Shown here one piece after another: positions 13,095 to 26,897 of a stretch of DNA of 64,000 nt (positions are counted from its first letter, which is position 1; each line of letters begins with the position of its first letter). Both the position numbers and the translations under genes were made by a program. The DNA is taken from contig NC_068983.1 in the NCBI RefSeq assembly GCF_001194135.2, forward strand, positions 136,937,248 to 137,001,247. The letters are read 5' to 3'. The notes under the pieces were generated by a model. That model made no database searches, was not told the origin of the DNA, and saw only the letters and a program-made list of their open reading frames with translations. Source of the DNA: Octopus bimaculoides (lineage: Eukaryota).

Positions 13095-13965
13095 ACTACA
13101 TGCTACCTGCACAAGAGCCAGTCCAGCGGTACTGGCAACGAACTCGCTCGAATGTCTTTTCACGATCACGCTANNNNNNNNNNNNNNNNNNNNNNNNNNN
13201 NNNNNNNNNNNNNNNNNNNNNNNNNNNNNNNNNNNNNNNNNNNNNNNNNNNNNNNNNNNNNNNNATATATATATATATATATAGCTCACTAATCCATATC
13301 TTCATTGGACACTAAAAACCCTGCTTGCCAAGACTTGTTGAGGCAAGTGAATTTGGAATTTGAAATTGAAATTGAACCGAATCCGACGACAGGACACTAA
13401 ACTCTGCTTGCGAAGACCTGTTGGAGCAAGTGAAATCGTAATTGAACCATACTCGACGACTGGTCACAGCGCCAGTGGAGCACTAACAGCACTGTCGAGC
13501 GTGTTCATTGCCGAGCAGCTGTCTGACTTCTGTGCTAGTGGCCCGTAAATAGCACCATTTGAGCGTAATCGTTACCAGCGTTGACTTCTAGCACTTGTGC
13601 TGGTGGCACGTTAGAAAATCATTCAAGCAAGGTCATTGCCAGTGCTGCTGGACTGGCTCCCGTGCACATAAAAAGCACCTTTTTGAGCATGGCCATTGCC
13701 AGTACCGTGTGACTGGCCCTCGTGCCAGTGACACGTAAAAGCACCCACTACACTCTCAGAGTGGTTGGCGTTAGGAAGGGCATCCAGCTGTAGAAACTCT
13801 GCCAGATCAGATTGGAGCCTGGTGCAGCCTTCTGGCTTGCCAGTCCTCAGTCAAATCGTCCAAATTCATGCTAGCATGGAAAGCGGATGTTAAACGATGA
13901 TGATGATGATATAATATCATCATCATCATCGTCGTTTAATGTCTGCTTTCCATGCTAGCATGGAG
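13095..13965. mobile_element. Cluster of RTE 3' repeat/tail modules around an assembly gap
   Basis: Plus-strand module 13300-13910 (duplicated about 85-bp unit, GGCACGTAAAAGCACC units, GGAAGGGCATCC, (ATG)n); minus-strand pieces at 13095-13173 and 13915-13965. Confidence 0.75.
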
Positions 13966-14673
13966 AGTATGCCAAACTGATGAGAAGATTACAGTGCAGT
14001 CACTTTACCTGCATAATGTAGCAGTCAAATCTCCCTCAATAAACTCTTTACAATCTCTAAAATGATGACCACATATTTAGTGTCTTAGATAATAGAACAG
14101 CATGCCCACAATAGAAATTGAATGGTCTCATAGTACTATTTAAAAGCTGAAGTTCAACCGAAACTGACATCTTAGATGTCAAACATATAAGACATGAGTG
14201 TTGCTTTTAACATTCAATCAATTACTGCCATAGCATAAATCTGTTGTACCTGAATTATTCATTGACAATAACAGATTCTACTTCAGTTAATGGAAGGGAG
14301 TCTTACTTTTATTTTATCAATAGTGATTCAAGTCATATCAAATATAAATTTCAAATTAGTTACTTAATCCTTAAATGGCAGACATCACCAATTGATATTT
14401 CATTAGAGAACAATGGATATCACCAATTGATGCTTCAAAAATTTTACATGGATACAGCTATCGTCAAAGAAAAGTGAATATTTTATGGCACTTTTTAATA
14501 ATGATCATGTAGATTTTATTGTGTAAGAGACAAATGATTGTTATTGTTTATGTACTTATTTAAAGTGAAAATAAGTATAAAAATTACCCTTAAGAAAAAG
14601 AGATGTTTTTTTTTGTCTGTTTGGCACATACATCCATGCAACCCTTTCCTGTCATTTAGCGGTTAATAATTAC

Positions 14674-14857
14674 CTAATAATCCAGTGACATTAGACTTGT
14701 ATTTCCATAGAGATTCAACAGCTCGTCGAGCTACAGACTCATAAACAGGATCACCTAATAGACGTGAGAGTACACCAAATTCAAGCAGGAGTGTGCCTGC
14801 ACCTGAGGTACATGTTTCGTTCAAACAATTAGGAGGAACACCTTTCTTTAAGTTTAT
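14674..14857 (-). CDS. EDEM1: EDEM1 coding exon 5
   Basis: TTTTTCAG|[61 protein letters not shown](G)|GTAATT; 184 nt. Confidence 0.97.
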
Positions 14858-15805
14858 CTGAAAAAGCAAAATATGAAAAAAAATTTTAAACATAAAACAA
14901 TTCCACAACAACGTAAATGAAATGTAAATACTAAAAGTATTGAAATATTCCTACAACTTTGGAATTTCCACCTTGTCTATGCTTTCTCCTCAACCAGGAA
15001 TATGTAGATCCTAAAGTGAACATTAACTGTATTAACTACACCCATTTATCCTTATATCTTAGACTAGAAGGAAATGAAATGGATACAGCTTTGTCCCCTC
15101 CTCTCAAACTAAGCTGTGAAAACATGTTTAAAAATCTGGAAACACAAGAAAAATAGTGAAACATATTCATCTATGTGACTGTAATTGTATGATAAAGACA
15201 CTTCACATGAAAGTGTTAATCATCATCATTTGATGTCCACTTTTCCATGCTTGCAGGAATCAGATGGATTTTGTTGAGGTAGATTTTCTTAATGTAGTGC
15301 AATAGATATACATTCAGACAGGTGAACAGTTAATACTGAAAGTTTGCTAGAACTAAAAAAATGCTTCTAAGGTTACTTTCATTGCCTAAAGAACTGTAAA
15401 CTGGAAATATAGTGTGTGTGTGTGTGTGTGTGTGTGTGTAGTAAGAGAGAGAGAGCAATCAAAAATTAAAATAACAAAAGATAAATTAATAAAACATGAT
15501 TTTTATTCTAATATAAAATTAGAGTAAAGGGACAATAAAAAAGAGGTCTATCAAATAATCGATGAGACTGAGAGGACAAAATTTCTTTTATTATCATTTA
15601 TATTTATATACATTCTCATTATTAAGGTGAAAAAGAAGTCAAAACCTAAAATTAAGTGTTAATAAATTTATCAAAAAGGCAATTTTATCAATTGAAGCAG
15701 AATCTAAAAGTTGTGATATAAAAATGCTAATGTCATATTCCTTGCATATTCAAAGAATTCAAATAAAACTTCAAAGACTGAAGTATGGGTAAACAGTTGA
15801 CTTAC

Positions 15806-15977
15806 TCTTGGATAAGGAATACCGGTTGAAGTAGCCTGAAAAGCAGGCAGGAGACGAGAGGCAAGATCATGAGAAAGATGAAGGAGCTCATCATTGTACT
15901 CAAACAAATTCATATTTCCAAATGGTTGGTGGGGATCAGTAATGATCAAATGAGCAGAGAGAAGGGCTCCAAGAACT
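15806..15977 (-). CDS. EDEM1: EDEM1 coding exon 4
   Basis: TTTGCAG|[21 protein letters not shown]...[17 protein letters not shown]|GTAAGT; 172 nt. Confidence 0.97.
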
Positions 15978-16666
15978 CTGCAAATATAATCATAGAATAG
16001 TGTTAGAATATATGTTCAGACAGTCAGGATAATTTAATAAAATTTATTAAATATAGAGATACTTTCCAGTGATTTTTTTTTAATACAAACATCAACTTGT
16101 AACAAGCCATTTCATTTTTTCTCTATTTTACCTTCATTTTTTGATGCTTACATGGGTCAAATAGTTTTAATGTTGGGAAATTGTTTTTATAGCTATATAC
16201 CCTTATAACCATTAACCACTCAGCTGTAAAATAGAAATGGAATTTGTTTTCTGTCAGGCAGCTGAAGCACACTTCTGCAGTTCCTTAAGCACATCTTCAG
16301 CTTTTTCAATATGGTTTTATATTCTCATTTCATTTACCATACATCACTAATCATCCTGAAAATTATATTAAAGTCACAAAATTTTGTTTCTTCTTCCCTG
16401 CAATTCTAAATCCTTATAGCACACCTACTTGTTTAAATAGAAATCAGTTTATACAATAAACCTTATGACCATTACTGGTTTTGTTGTGTGTAGCAATGTT
16501 TCTATGAAACTTAATCTTTAAATACCTTCTCCCCAAATTTTCTTTTTAAAAATCTGCCTCATGTACCCCATCCACAGCCAGTATGCATCATAATCCAATT
16601 ACATCACATCTACATTGTTATTTTTTGAAAATTCGCATCATACAATATGAATTTAGGACAACATAC

Positions 16667-16770
16667 CTGATGGTTGCCTCAAACACTTGGACAGTGTTAT
16701 TCTTGTCAAATGATACACGCTCTACAACCAATTTTACTGCACGTTGGAATTCACTACTATTCCCCATAAT
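16667..16770 (-). CDS. EDEM1: EDEM1 coding exon 3
   Basis: TTGCAG|[34 protein letters not shown](R)|GTATGT; 104 nt; contains the catalytic FEATIR motif. Confidence 0.97.
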
Positions 16771-17789
16771 CTGCAATGGTAAAGCAGTCAATATGAAATT
16801 GTTAACAAGTACAGTTTGTGAAAAGTAAATTACAAACAAGATTATCTATCAAAATGCACCAATGTAAAAATTATTGGATACAGAAACTAACAAATGACAT
16901 TGTATACTTATACAAAAGGGAACAATGTTCATTTCAGTCAGTTATGTCTTTCTTGCACTACAATTCAACAGAGGAAGCACTCTTAAAAATTATATTCATT
17001 CTTTTATCTACACTAGTTAATGGAAAGTCACTTTAACATTTTGTTTTATATTAATAGCTTTTCATTTATTTTGAAATAACATACCTGTTCAACATAACTG
17101 TGTGTGTGTGTGTGTGTGCACATGTGCACGCACAGCTACAGTTGCTTTACAGTTATACAAAATGATATCCATGAAATCTGCCAGAACATGCTGACAGTCT
17201 AATTGATGAATGATGTAGATGAGGTGCATTGGCAATAGAATACTATATTGCTGGATATCTGAATGAATTTCAAAAAACTTAGATTCTTTGCTTGAAGGAA
17301 GCGATAGTATGCCTTCATTAGATTCAGCTGCTTCAGAAGCAATCCATTTGATCTGATATGCCAGAGTGTTTATACTGGTAAATACATTTGCTTTATGTGT
17401 ATACTAGTATAGTCATCCTTCTTACATACATCACCTAACTGTGCTCTACCTTTCATACAATGCTAATATTGCATTTCCATCAGATATATGTTTGTTACAC
17501 ACACACACAATGCTCCAATCTACTTGACTGGACTTCTACTTTTTAACTTGGTGATTAGTAATGGTAAAGACACCCAACTGAAATATGCATAAACATGCAT
17601 ACTGCTGCTTCTCAATGATTTAGGTGATAAATTTACTAGAGCTTTGTTGACATATTTGTTGATGAAACTACACTTTACAGTCTCCCCTCTCAGAATGCCA
17701 AACACCAGGACACTTAAATTCACAGCTTAATTTGAAATAGGGCTCACTCATCTTTGGGCCAGAGCAGTGAGTAAAATAGTAGCTTCATT

Positions 17790-19130
17790 CTGGAGGACTA
17801 AGATAAATAGGAAGGGGCTGAGGATTGAACCTTGGTGGACTCATACCTCTACCCAGAATTCTTCACTGTACTTGTTGCCAACCCTCACATTACTGACAGC
17901 GTCCCTGTACATGGCTCGCACAGCTCTCACTAACCATTCACCTATCCCTAGTTTCCTCATTGATCACCAGATGAGGGATTGGGGGACCCTGTCAAAAGCT
18001 TTCTCCATGTCAACAAAAGCCAGGTACAGAGGTTTATCGTTTGCTAGGTATTTCTTCCACAGCTGTCTTACCAGAAATATAGCATCAGTGGTGCTTTTCC
18101 CTGGCACGAATCCAAACTGCATCTCATCTAAGCTGACTCTCTCCCTAATTAGTTGCGCTTTGACCCTCTCTGTGACTTTCATTACCTCATCTAACAACTT
18201 GATACCTCTGTAATTATTTGGATTTAAAGCGTCACCTTTACCTTTGTGGCAGTTGACTATGGTGCTGCTACACCAATCATTGGGTATGACTCATTTGTGT
18301 ATCATCTGGTTAACTATACGGGTGACTAGGCTATAGCCGACACTGCCAGATATTTTGAGCATCTCTGTAGTGATTCCTGATGGGCCGGGGGCTTTCCCTG
18401 TCTTCATACTCTTGATTGCTTTATCTTCCCAGATACTGTCAATTTGGATAGCTGGTCCCTCTGTTGGGTCAACATTCAGCAGACTTTCTTTCTCCTATTC
18501 ATTCTCTTTATTAAGCAACCTTTCATAGTGGTGTCTCCAAACCTCTCTCTTTGCAACCTCGTTTAGTGCAAGTGAGCCATCATCCATGCAAACACATTTC
18601 TCTCCCACGACATCACTATTCTCTCTCCTACACTGTCTTGCAACACGAAATACCTCAAGTCTTTGGTACTCACAGTGCAGAACATTGGCAAATTTTTTCT
18701 TATCTGCTTCCCCTCTGGCTAAATAAACCTGTTGCCTAGCTTCCCTTCTGGCAGTCTGATACAATTCCCTGCTACCACTGTTCTTCCAAGCCTGTGTCTT
18801 TTGTCTAATAGCCCTGTCAACCACATTGTTCCACCACCATGTTACTTTGAGGCGAGAGGGGACTTTGCACCATCCACAGATCTGATCAGTGGCTCTCAGC
18901 AGGTTGTCTGTAGAAACCTCCAGTTGTCTTCCACATTATGTGATGCTACATCCCCTTCTATTTTGTCGAAGGCTTCGAGTAACACGTCTCTAAATCTCTG
19001 TCCAACTACAGGATCTTTAAGCTTCCAGACCCTTCTCCTCCAAGCTGGTCTACTTCTGGGCATCCATTTAGCCCTGATCCCTGTGCAAATTCTACGCACA
19101 AAGCTTTCCCCCACCAGCACCACCATAATG
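17790..19130 (-). mobile_element. RTE LINE internal fragment (linker plus RT N-terminal half), degenerate
   Basis: QFGFVPGKSTTDAIFLVRQL..LYLAFVDMEKAFDRVP; STIVNCHKGKGDAL..NYRGIKLLD; several stops and frameshifts. Confidence 0.9.
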
Positions 19131-19824
19131 GCTGAATTGTGGAATAAACTCTCCCATCGTTTTTCATAGAACATGACTGATCTCTTTAAATTTAGAGTTA
19201 ACAAGTACCTTGCCTAATGTTGGCAGTTTCTTTTGTTTTAATATTTTCATCAGTTCTTTTATTACCCTTTTATTTCATTTCATTTTATTTGCTCCTTTAT
19301 CTTCAACTCTTTTACTATATTTTACTGCCAGCAGTTCTTTTATTACTAGCTCACTATATTTCATTTTAATATTTTACTAATTATTTTATTGCCATCCCTT
19401 ATTTGCTATCTTAGATATGCATGTACGTACAGAGTCTTTATAACATTAATGTCACTTCTCCTTTCCCCTACCTCTTTGTCCAAAGGAAATAGATAGACCT
19501 TGTTTGAAGCAATTTTGAGTAAAAAGAAAATTGGAGTTCTATGTAGGATGGTTGCATTATAAACTAATGTCTTTTATTGAATTTTGCTTCATGTTCTGTT
19601 CTGCAAGGTGGTATAATGGTTCCTTATGCAGGGTTAAACATTGAAAAGAGTGGATGTAACAGCTGAAGTTATGAAGCATACATGTGTGTGTGTGTGTGCT
19701 AAAAATATTTCACACAAATTAAGAAATAAAGAAACATATATATATAATTTTCTATCTGTTACACAGTTCAGTTAAATTCTACGGTTCTTCTACAAAATAA
19801 GGATCATATGATAAGGATACTTAC

Positions 19825-19897
19825 TGCAAGTGTGTCCAAAGCATCAACAAGGGTCAATGCATAATCTCCTAAGACATCATTTATATTGATATTGGAA
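19825..19897 (-). CDS. EDEM1: EDEM1 coding exon 2
   Basis: TTTTCAG|T TCC AAT...: (P)[24 protein letters not shown]|GTAAGT; 73 nt, phase 2 to 0. Not in the ORF track, read manually. Intron 1 is 17.2 kb. Confidence 0.96.
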
Positions 19898-22355
19898 CTG
19901 AAAAGTAATCATAAACAAATAAAAAGAAAATCACACACCAATGAAAAATTTAAAACAACAAATCAAAACTAAAAGCTTCTAGAAAACTTGTAAATACTTA
20001 ATAATAGTTCTGCTCTAAAACTATCATCATCCTTAGTTAGGATGAGTGTGGTAGGACAGAAATGCATTGTACAAATTACCTGATTTTTTTCTATTATCCT
20101 TCTAAGGGTCAATATAATTAGTATCATTTATACACTAGGCTCATTGAAATGAACAATTAACATTGTGATTGTTCTTGTTGATGGTGGTGGTGGTGGAGTA
20201 ATAAAATAAGTCAATAACATTGTAAAGTAAAATATTTGATTACTCCATTCTCTAATAAGTGTTTCCATGTACATTAGTGAAAAGAAAACATCAATATTAT
20301 TGTATTAAAATCAACAAAAGACTACTAGAACTTTGTTTCCCATTAAAGATGGTGAAAGTCAGTTTATTTAAACAATTCCATGCTGTTTCTTTCATATTAT
20401 TAGTTCTCTTTCATAAAACAGTTTTTCGTATCTGATTTGCACACTTTAACTATTCTGTCAAGGCAATGAGGAATCAGACTCCAAGAAATAGCAGACAAAT
20501 CTCCCTCAAATCCAATCTACATAAAAAGAGGGTCACAGCATGTAATGTAGTCCAAGATGTACAATGAGGATTAGAAGATCATAGCTGGAAAGCTTTTGAT
20601 CATAGATCTACTGAATAAAGGTTCAACCAGGAGCTAAACAACACACAGCATTTTTCATTATAACGCTTACTTATACTTCAACCTCTATCAACATTCCAAC
20701 TATGCAGCTAATTACTATTAGCACAACCTTTTATGCAAGAAATACACAATTTTATACATTTTCAGAGATAAACATTTTTAAAAGCAGACAGTACTAACAT
20801 ATCAAATATTTAAGTACTGGTTCAATAAAATGTTATGGACTCTCTTCTTTTGGCTAAATTTTGATAAAATGAAAGCCCATTTGAAAAAAAAAAGCAAAAT
20901 GAAGAGAGTCAAAATGACAGTGGGTTCTGAATAGGGCAACTCCTTTCAATGAAAAGACGAAAGCCGTAACTTACACGTAAGAGAATTTTTTTTTTTCAAC
21001 CTGTGCTGAGACTAAACAAAATCACCATCAGCAAAATTATCATAAACTGCTTGTAAATATGAAAAACCTTTTGTATCCATCCTTAATGTTATATAAGATA
21101 TGTTAACAGCATGGTTATTGTCTATACATCCATTCATACAGGATATAAACATGTGTGGATGAAGACAGGAAACAGAACAAATCCCCACATTTTTGTGTAA
21201 TCTGTAGCACAATTGTCAGGCAAACAGATACATGTGGAGGATCAAAAAGTGATAGATAATTTTCCATGTTTAATAAAATTAAGACAATTTTAAACTTTCC
21301 AATACCATGATAAAGAAGGCAGAATTAGATGAATGCAAACTCTTATTCTACCTTCTGCTTTCTAAAGCAATGGGGTACCAGGAAAAAAAGTTTCACTTTC
21401 TTTTTTTCTTTCTTTGGTTGGTTGAGGTTAGTGGTTTGAAAAGTTGCCATCTGATGCAGATATTTTGTAGTTTCTAGGCAGGATACTTCATTGTAAAATA
21501 TCTCAGTTCACATAGCTTTGGTGAATAGATGCCAGGTTTTCTGGGAAATGTCAATTCTTGATCATCTTCTGAACATTAAAGATCAACCAACTGACTTTCA
21601 AGTCAGTTTCACACACACACATATATGTAATGTCTGCAGATATCCATGTATAATATATATATATTTCTATACTTATGTATCTGCATGCATTCAAACATAT
21701 ACATAATCATCATTTAAGTTTCTTTTCTTCACTGCTGATTTCAGCCAGAAATATCTATCCAAACATCTTTTATCATTTCATCTGTGAAGCTCAAAACGGC
21801 TAATTCATCTTTCATCCTCTTTGATCTACTTCCACTAAAAGCTTTTAACGCCAAAGACCTACAATACTTTGTTAGTCACCCCATATCATCCATTCCCAAT
21901 ATGATTCTGCCAAACTATATTCTGTCACTAACCGTGAACTTTGTTCTCTAACCTAGATGTTTAAATATCATCCATTCTTCCATAAATAAGCATTATAGAG
22001 AGGCACAGTTTATCACTGTAAGCAGCCAGAGCATTTCATTTCCTAAGCAAGCTACATTTATGCTGAGATTCTGCTATGGATCTGAGAAAGGCATTGAGAA
22101 ACTACTTTAAAATAATTTTCTTAAGAAAATCATGGAGATAGAGAAATGTCTCCAGTGTAAGGAAAGATTTGCTTCATCTGTACAATGCCAGGAAAACAGA
22201 GCAAAGTCAGAGCACATGTATACATTCTTGCAAAGCTGTGGAGCTGGAATATAAAACGTTTAACACCAACTCCTCAATTTGTGGTAACATCAACTCTAAC
22301 TCCTCCATTTGTAATTAAAGCAATCATATACTTTATACACAGATTGATAGAATAC

Positions 22356-23165
22356 AACAATGAAGCCAGTATGCTCCGTTGGATGTGTAATGTCAATGTG
22401 AATACCCGTCAGAGTGTAAGTATCTTGAGAGAAAAGCTGAACATTAGAAGCATCAGTTGTGGCGTGCAAGAGAGACGATTGCGCTGGTATGGACATGTGG
22501 TGAGAATGGAGGAGGATAGCTGCGTGAAAAAGTGCCACACCCGAACAGTTGAGGGAACCCGTGGAAGAGGTAGGCCCAGGAAGACCTGGGCTGAGGTGGT
22601 GAGGCAAGACCTTCGTACATTGGGCCTCACCGAGGCGATGACTACGGACCGAGACCTTTGGAAATGGGCTGTGCGTGAGAAGACCCGGCAAGCCAAGTNN
22701 NNNNNNNNNNNNNNNNNNNNNNNNNNNNNNNNNNNNNNNNNNNNNNNNNNNNNNNNNNNNNNNNNNNNNNNNNNNNNNNNNNNNNNNNNNNNNNNNNNNN
22801 NNNNNNNNNNNNNNNNNNNNNNNNNNNNNNNNNNNNNNNNNNNNNNNNNNNNNNNNNNNNNNNNNNNNNNNNNNNNNNNNNNNNNNNNNNNNNNNNNNNN
22901 NNNNNNNNNNNNNNNNNNNNNNNNTGCGGGTGGCACATAAAAGACACCATTTCGAGCGTCGCCGTTTTCGTGCGGGTGACACGTAAAAGCACCCACTACA
23001 CTCTCTGAGTGGTTGGCGTTAGGAAGGGCATCCAGCTGTAGAAACTCTGCCAAATCAGACTGGAGCCTGGTGTTGCCATCCGGTTTCACCAGTCCTCAGT
23101 CAAATCGTCCAACCCATGCTAGCATGGAAAGCGGACGTTAAACGATGATGATGATGATGATGATG
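22356..23165 (+). mobile_element. Young RTE LINE 3' end (open ORF end, gap, tail module)
   Basis: NEASMLRWMCNV...QERRLRWYGHVVRM...RGRGRPRKTW...DRDLWKWAVREKTRQAK has no stops; tail ends GGACGTTAAACGATGATGATG; CpGs retained. Confidence 0.9.
22699..22924. other. Assembly gap (others: 2480-2504, 13174-13264, 60909-61159)
   Basis: Runs of N. Confidence 1.
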
Positions 23166-23503
23166 GACAATCTGAACTATCAAGCTACTCTTTAGCAGCT
23201 GAACCTGTCAAAGGTTTGGTTTAAAGGTTAGAGTTCAACTGTTGTAGCTTTTTTAATGAAATTACAAATAGTTAAGCATAAGACAAAACTTACAAAATTA
23301 AAAGAGGTTACAAAATAAATAGGCATAAAAGAAATAAACTATAAGAATATTACAAAATAAAATCAGGAACATCTTTGTTAACCAATTCAAAATTCTAAAG
23401 TATACCAAAGTCAAAACTAAACGATTGAACACCTAACTTAACAAATGACCATTGTAGCTTGCTTGAAGCATTGCAATAAAGCAGTAAAATAGCAAAACAG
23501 TGA

Positions 23504-23540
<37 letters not shown>

Positions 23541-25998
23541 TCTTCTTACAAAGCAAAAAGGGAAAAGTTCAATAACCTTTTCCCTTTATATATTTCAGGC
23601 ACAAATGCCTAGCAACAGAAGTAAACAGTCAAGATATGTTAGTCCATTCATCACCAACCATGTAGACAAATATTTCTTAACTGTTTACTTCTGATGATGG
23701 ACCTTTGTACCTGAAATACATAAAAGTTATTAAACTTTATCCTTTTTACATTGTAAAAAGCCTTCACCTTCACTATTTTGTTACTTTAAATATTGTATCA
23801 ACTGAATAGTTAAATCATAAATGCAAATCTAAAAATTTACTATTTTTAGAAACTAAATTGCTTCCACTAGATCTTTCATCAAAACCTTTAAATCTGATCT
23901 GATTATTTTCTGTGCAGAAAACAGTCAGATTAATATCTGTGAAACTGGAAATTTTAGCATATTATATTACACTTTATATTTCTTTAGAGTTAGAGTAGGC
24001 ATCCCCCACCCCCCAATTCTTGACTCCTGTAACCCATTAATTGCTTTCAACTCTGATGTGACAGTTCTGCTTTCTTGCCATATAACCATATTATCTGTGC
24101 TGCTAAGTAGCTGGCTGAATCGTTAGCACACAAGACAACATGCTTAGTGGCATTTCATTTGTCTTTACATTCTGATTTCAAATTCTGCCATGGTCAACTA
24201 GGCCTTTCATCAAATACTGAGGTTGATGTAATCGACTTCCACCTCCCATTATAAAATGCTATCCCTGTGCCAAAATTTGAAACCATTATCATCATCATTA
24301 TTTGATTTCCAGTTCAATCATCACATCTATCTTTGCGTACATTTCTCTCTTACTCAATATCTTCCCTTCCTATGAAATGTGTCACAAATGAAACAGATGT
24401 TCAATTGATTAGAGACAAATTACATTACATTCAGTAAAAGACTAGCTAAAATATTCGATTAGTTGGTTGTTTCCATGGACAGAGTGATTATGGTAGCAAT
24501 GAAGGATGGTTCTTGTACAAAAGGCAAAAAATTGTAGCTTTATTTATTCTAACTTTATTTTTTTTTTATCATTAGTTCTGGCTCTACATGTTGAGTTCAA
24601 GTCATACTATCAATAAAATGAATTACCAATCTAGTACTGTGGGTGATTTAATCAATTAATCCCTTCCTTATTAATTTGTGGCTTTATGCCTATGTTAGAA
24701 ATTATGGTAAAACAGTATTTAGAATAGCTTCACTACATCCCTGATGTCATATGAGGCAACTAAAGGGGAATCTGCCTCAAAATGTCTGGTCCAACACATA
24801 CATACCGGTAAGAAAAGTGGGGTGTAAAAATGGTAATGATTGAAGATGTATACGATGAAATAACATTTGTCTTTTAACATCTCTTTAATCATGTATAGTT
24901 TCAGGTCATAAACTTTAGAACTCCATTTTGGTATTTATCTAGCTTAAAAAATAAATTTAAAAAATTAGCAAACTCTCATTGTTAATTCATTTACTAAAGA
25001 CCAGAAACTCAAGTCCAGCTGGTAAGTAGTATGATGTCATTTATTTAAATGTGTGGTAAAAGTGTTAAAAAACAAACATTAATTCAGTGACACACACACA
25101 TGCAATTGTTCAACCACACAAACACAAAGTGAAAGTAAATAAATGAATCCGCCAGTGGTTTCAACAAAGAGTATTCCAGTTCTATATTTAAGAGATGAGG
25201 AATTATGTACATTATTTACATTCGACGGATATTTGTCCTCATCTTGTTTGTAAAGAGTATTCCAGTTGTTCAATCAATTTAAAGGTCAACTCACTGAATA
25301 GCAACATAGTAACTGAGTATTCCACAGTACTGTTATATCCTTAACATAATTCTCATGCAGAATCAGCTTGAAATGCTATGTGATAAGGCTGGTACTTTGT
25401 AATACAGATATTGCCCACAAGACATGATTCCAATTTTTCTACCCAACATCATTCACTTTGGTTAATCTGAGGCTGTGATAAATGATACTTACACAAGGTG
25501 GCCTAATGATAGCAAAGTGAAGGGCTTTACCTTTCAGCCATGTGCACCATCAACACACACACACACACACAAATATTAGCCCTCTTTTGGTCATGACTGA
25601 TCATATATTTTTGATCTAGGAAAGTAATTCACCAGGACACAGACATGGGCAACTGTTAGCCTTGTGAAAAACACACAGTTGCCCATGCACGCAAGTTTTC
25701 AATCTCTACGTCACTTGGCACCAGTATCATTGCATGCATTGCTGTCAGAAAGCAATGAGCCCAAACAGATGCCATAAGGGTTCCAGTCTGATGCTCTGAC
25801 AGTTCTGCTAAGCCACCAACCTGGACTGGTATATTTTTTTTTTTGCTTTTTTTATCAACCCTAAAAGAATAGAACACAAAGTTGACCCTGGATAGATATG
25901 AACTCAGAATGCAGAGAATTGGAAGAAATACTGGAAAAACATTCTATCTAGTACCCAAAGACATTGTCAATTAGTTGCAGTATCCTAATGTGTGTGTG

Positions 25999-26035
<37 letters not shown>

Positions 26036-26344
26036 ACACAGCTCTTCTAGCTGTTTGATAATGCTCCCTACTATGCAAATATATATATACACAATGAAAA
26101 GAAGAAGACACAACTTATAATTAAAGTTGTGAGTTGCGTTAAAGAATTTTCTTTGTCTTCCTTTCATTGGATTATTTAGTCTTCTCTAAACCATATGATG
26201 GAATAATTGTCATGAAACTTGGATTTTCTACACCAGAAGTATTCCAGCTTTGGCTTGGATCCCAACAGTGTTGATAACCCAGTTTTCAGGTTGAGTGCTT
26301 CTCTGGAAATACCCCAACTTCACACCCAAACTGACCTTGGCTAT

Positions 26345-26895
26345 ATCATCATCATCATCGTTTAACGTCCGTTTTCCATGCTGGCATGGGTTGGACGGTT
26401 TGACTGGGGTCTGGGAAGCCAGGAGGCTGCACCAGGCCCCAATCTGATCTGGCAGTGTTTCTACAGCTGGATGCTCTTCCTAACGCCAACCACTCTGAGA
26501 GTGTAGTGGGTGTTTTTTACATGCCACTGGCACAGGGGCCAGAGGAGCTGGCATCGACCACAATTGGATGGTGCTTTTTATGAGCCACAGGCATGGAAGC
26601 CAGTCAAAGCGGCACTAGCATCGGCCACGTTTGGATGGTGCTTTTTATGTGCTACCGGTACGGGACTCACAACTACAATTTCCATTTGATTTGATTTTGA
26701 TATTGCTGATGTTGATGTACTTGACTCAATAGGTCTCCTCAAGCACAGCATGTCGCCCTACGATCCAAGGTACCTTTGAGTGGCTGGTTATGCAACACTG
26801 GTGTAGGTTACAGCTGTGGACTCACTTCTCAGTCACAGCATACCTCCAGAGGTCTCGGTCTTTTGTCATTGCTTTTGTGAGGCCAAACATTTGAA
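26345..26895 (-). mobile_element. RTE 3' fragment plus tail module, inserted into the left end of the Tc1 element
   Basis: GLTKAMTKDRDLWRYAVTEK on the minus strand; CATCATCATCGTTTAACGTCC tail at 26345. Confidence 0.85.
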
Positions 26896-26897
26896 TA

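Noticed and set aside
22185-23089. Long ORFs of 100-250 aa in the ORF track (also at 12997-13315 and 60863-61240)
   Set aside because: They are inflated by N-gaps; likewise the IYIY, HTHT and CVCV ORFs are microsatellite translations.
23685-23725. Additional hammerhead (CTGATGA...GAAA); a similar case lies on the minus strand near 42465-42520
   Set aside because: The core is present but stems I-III are mismatched; at best decayed Penelope ends.
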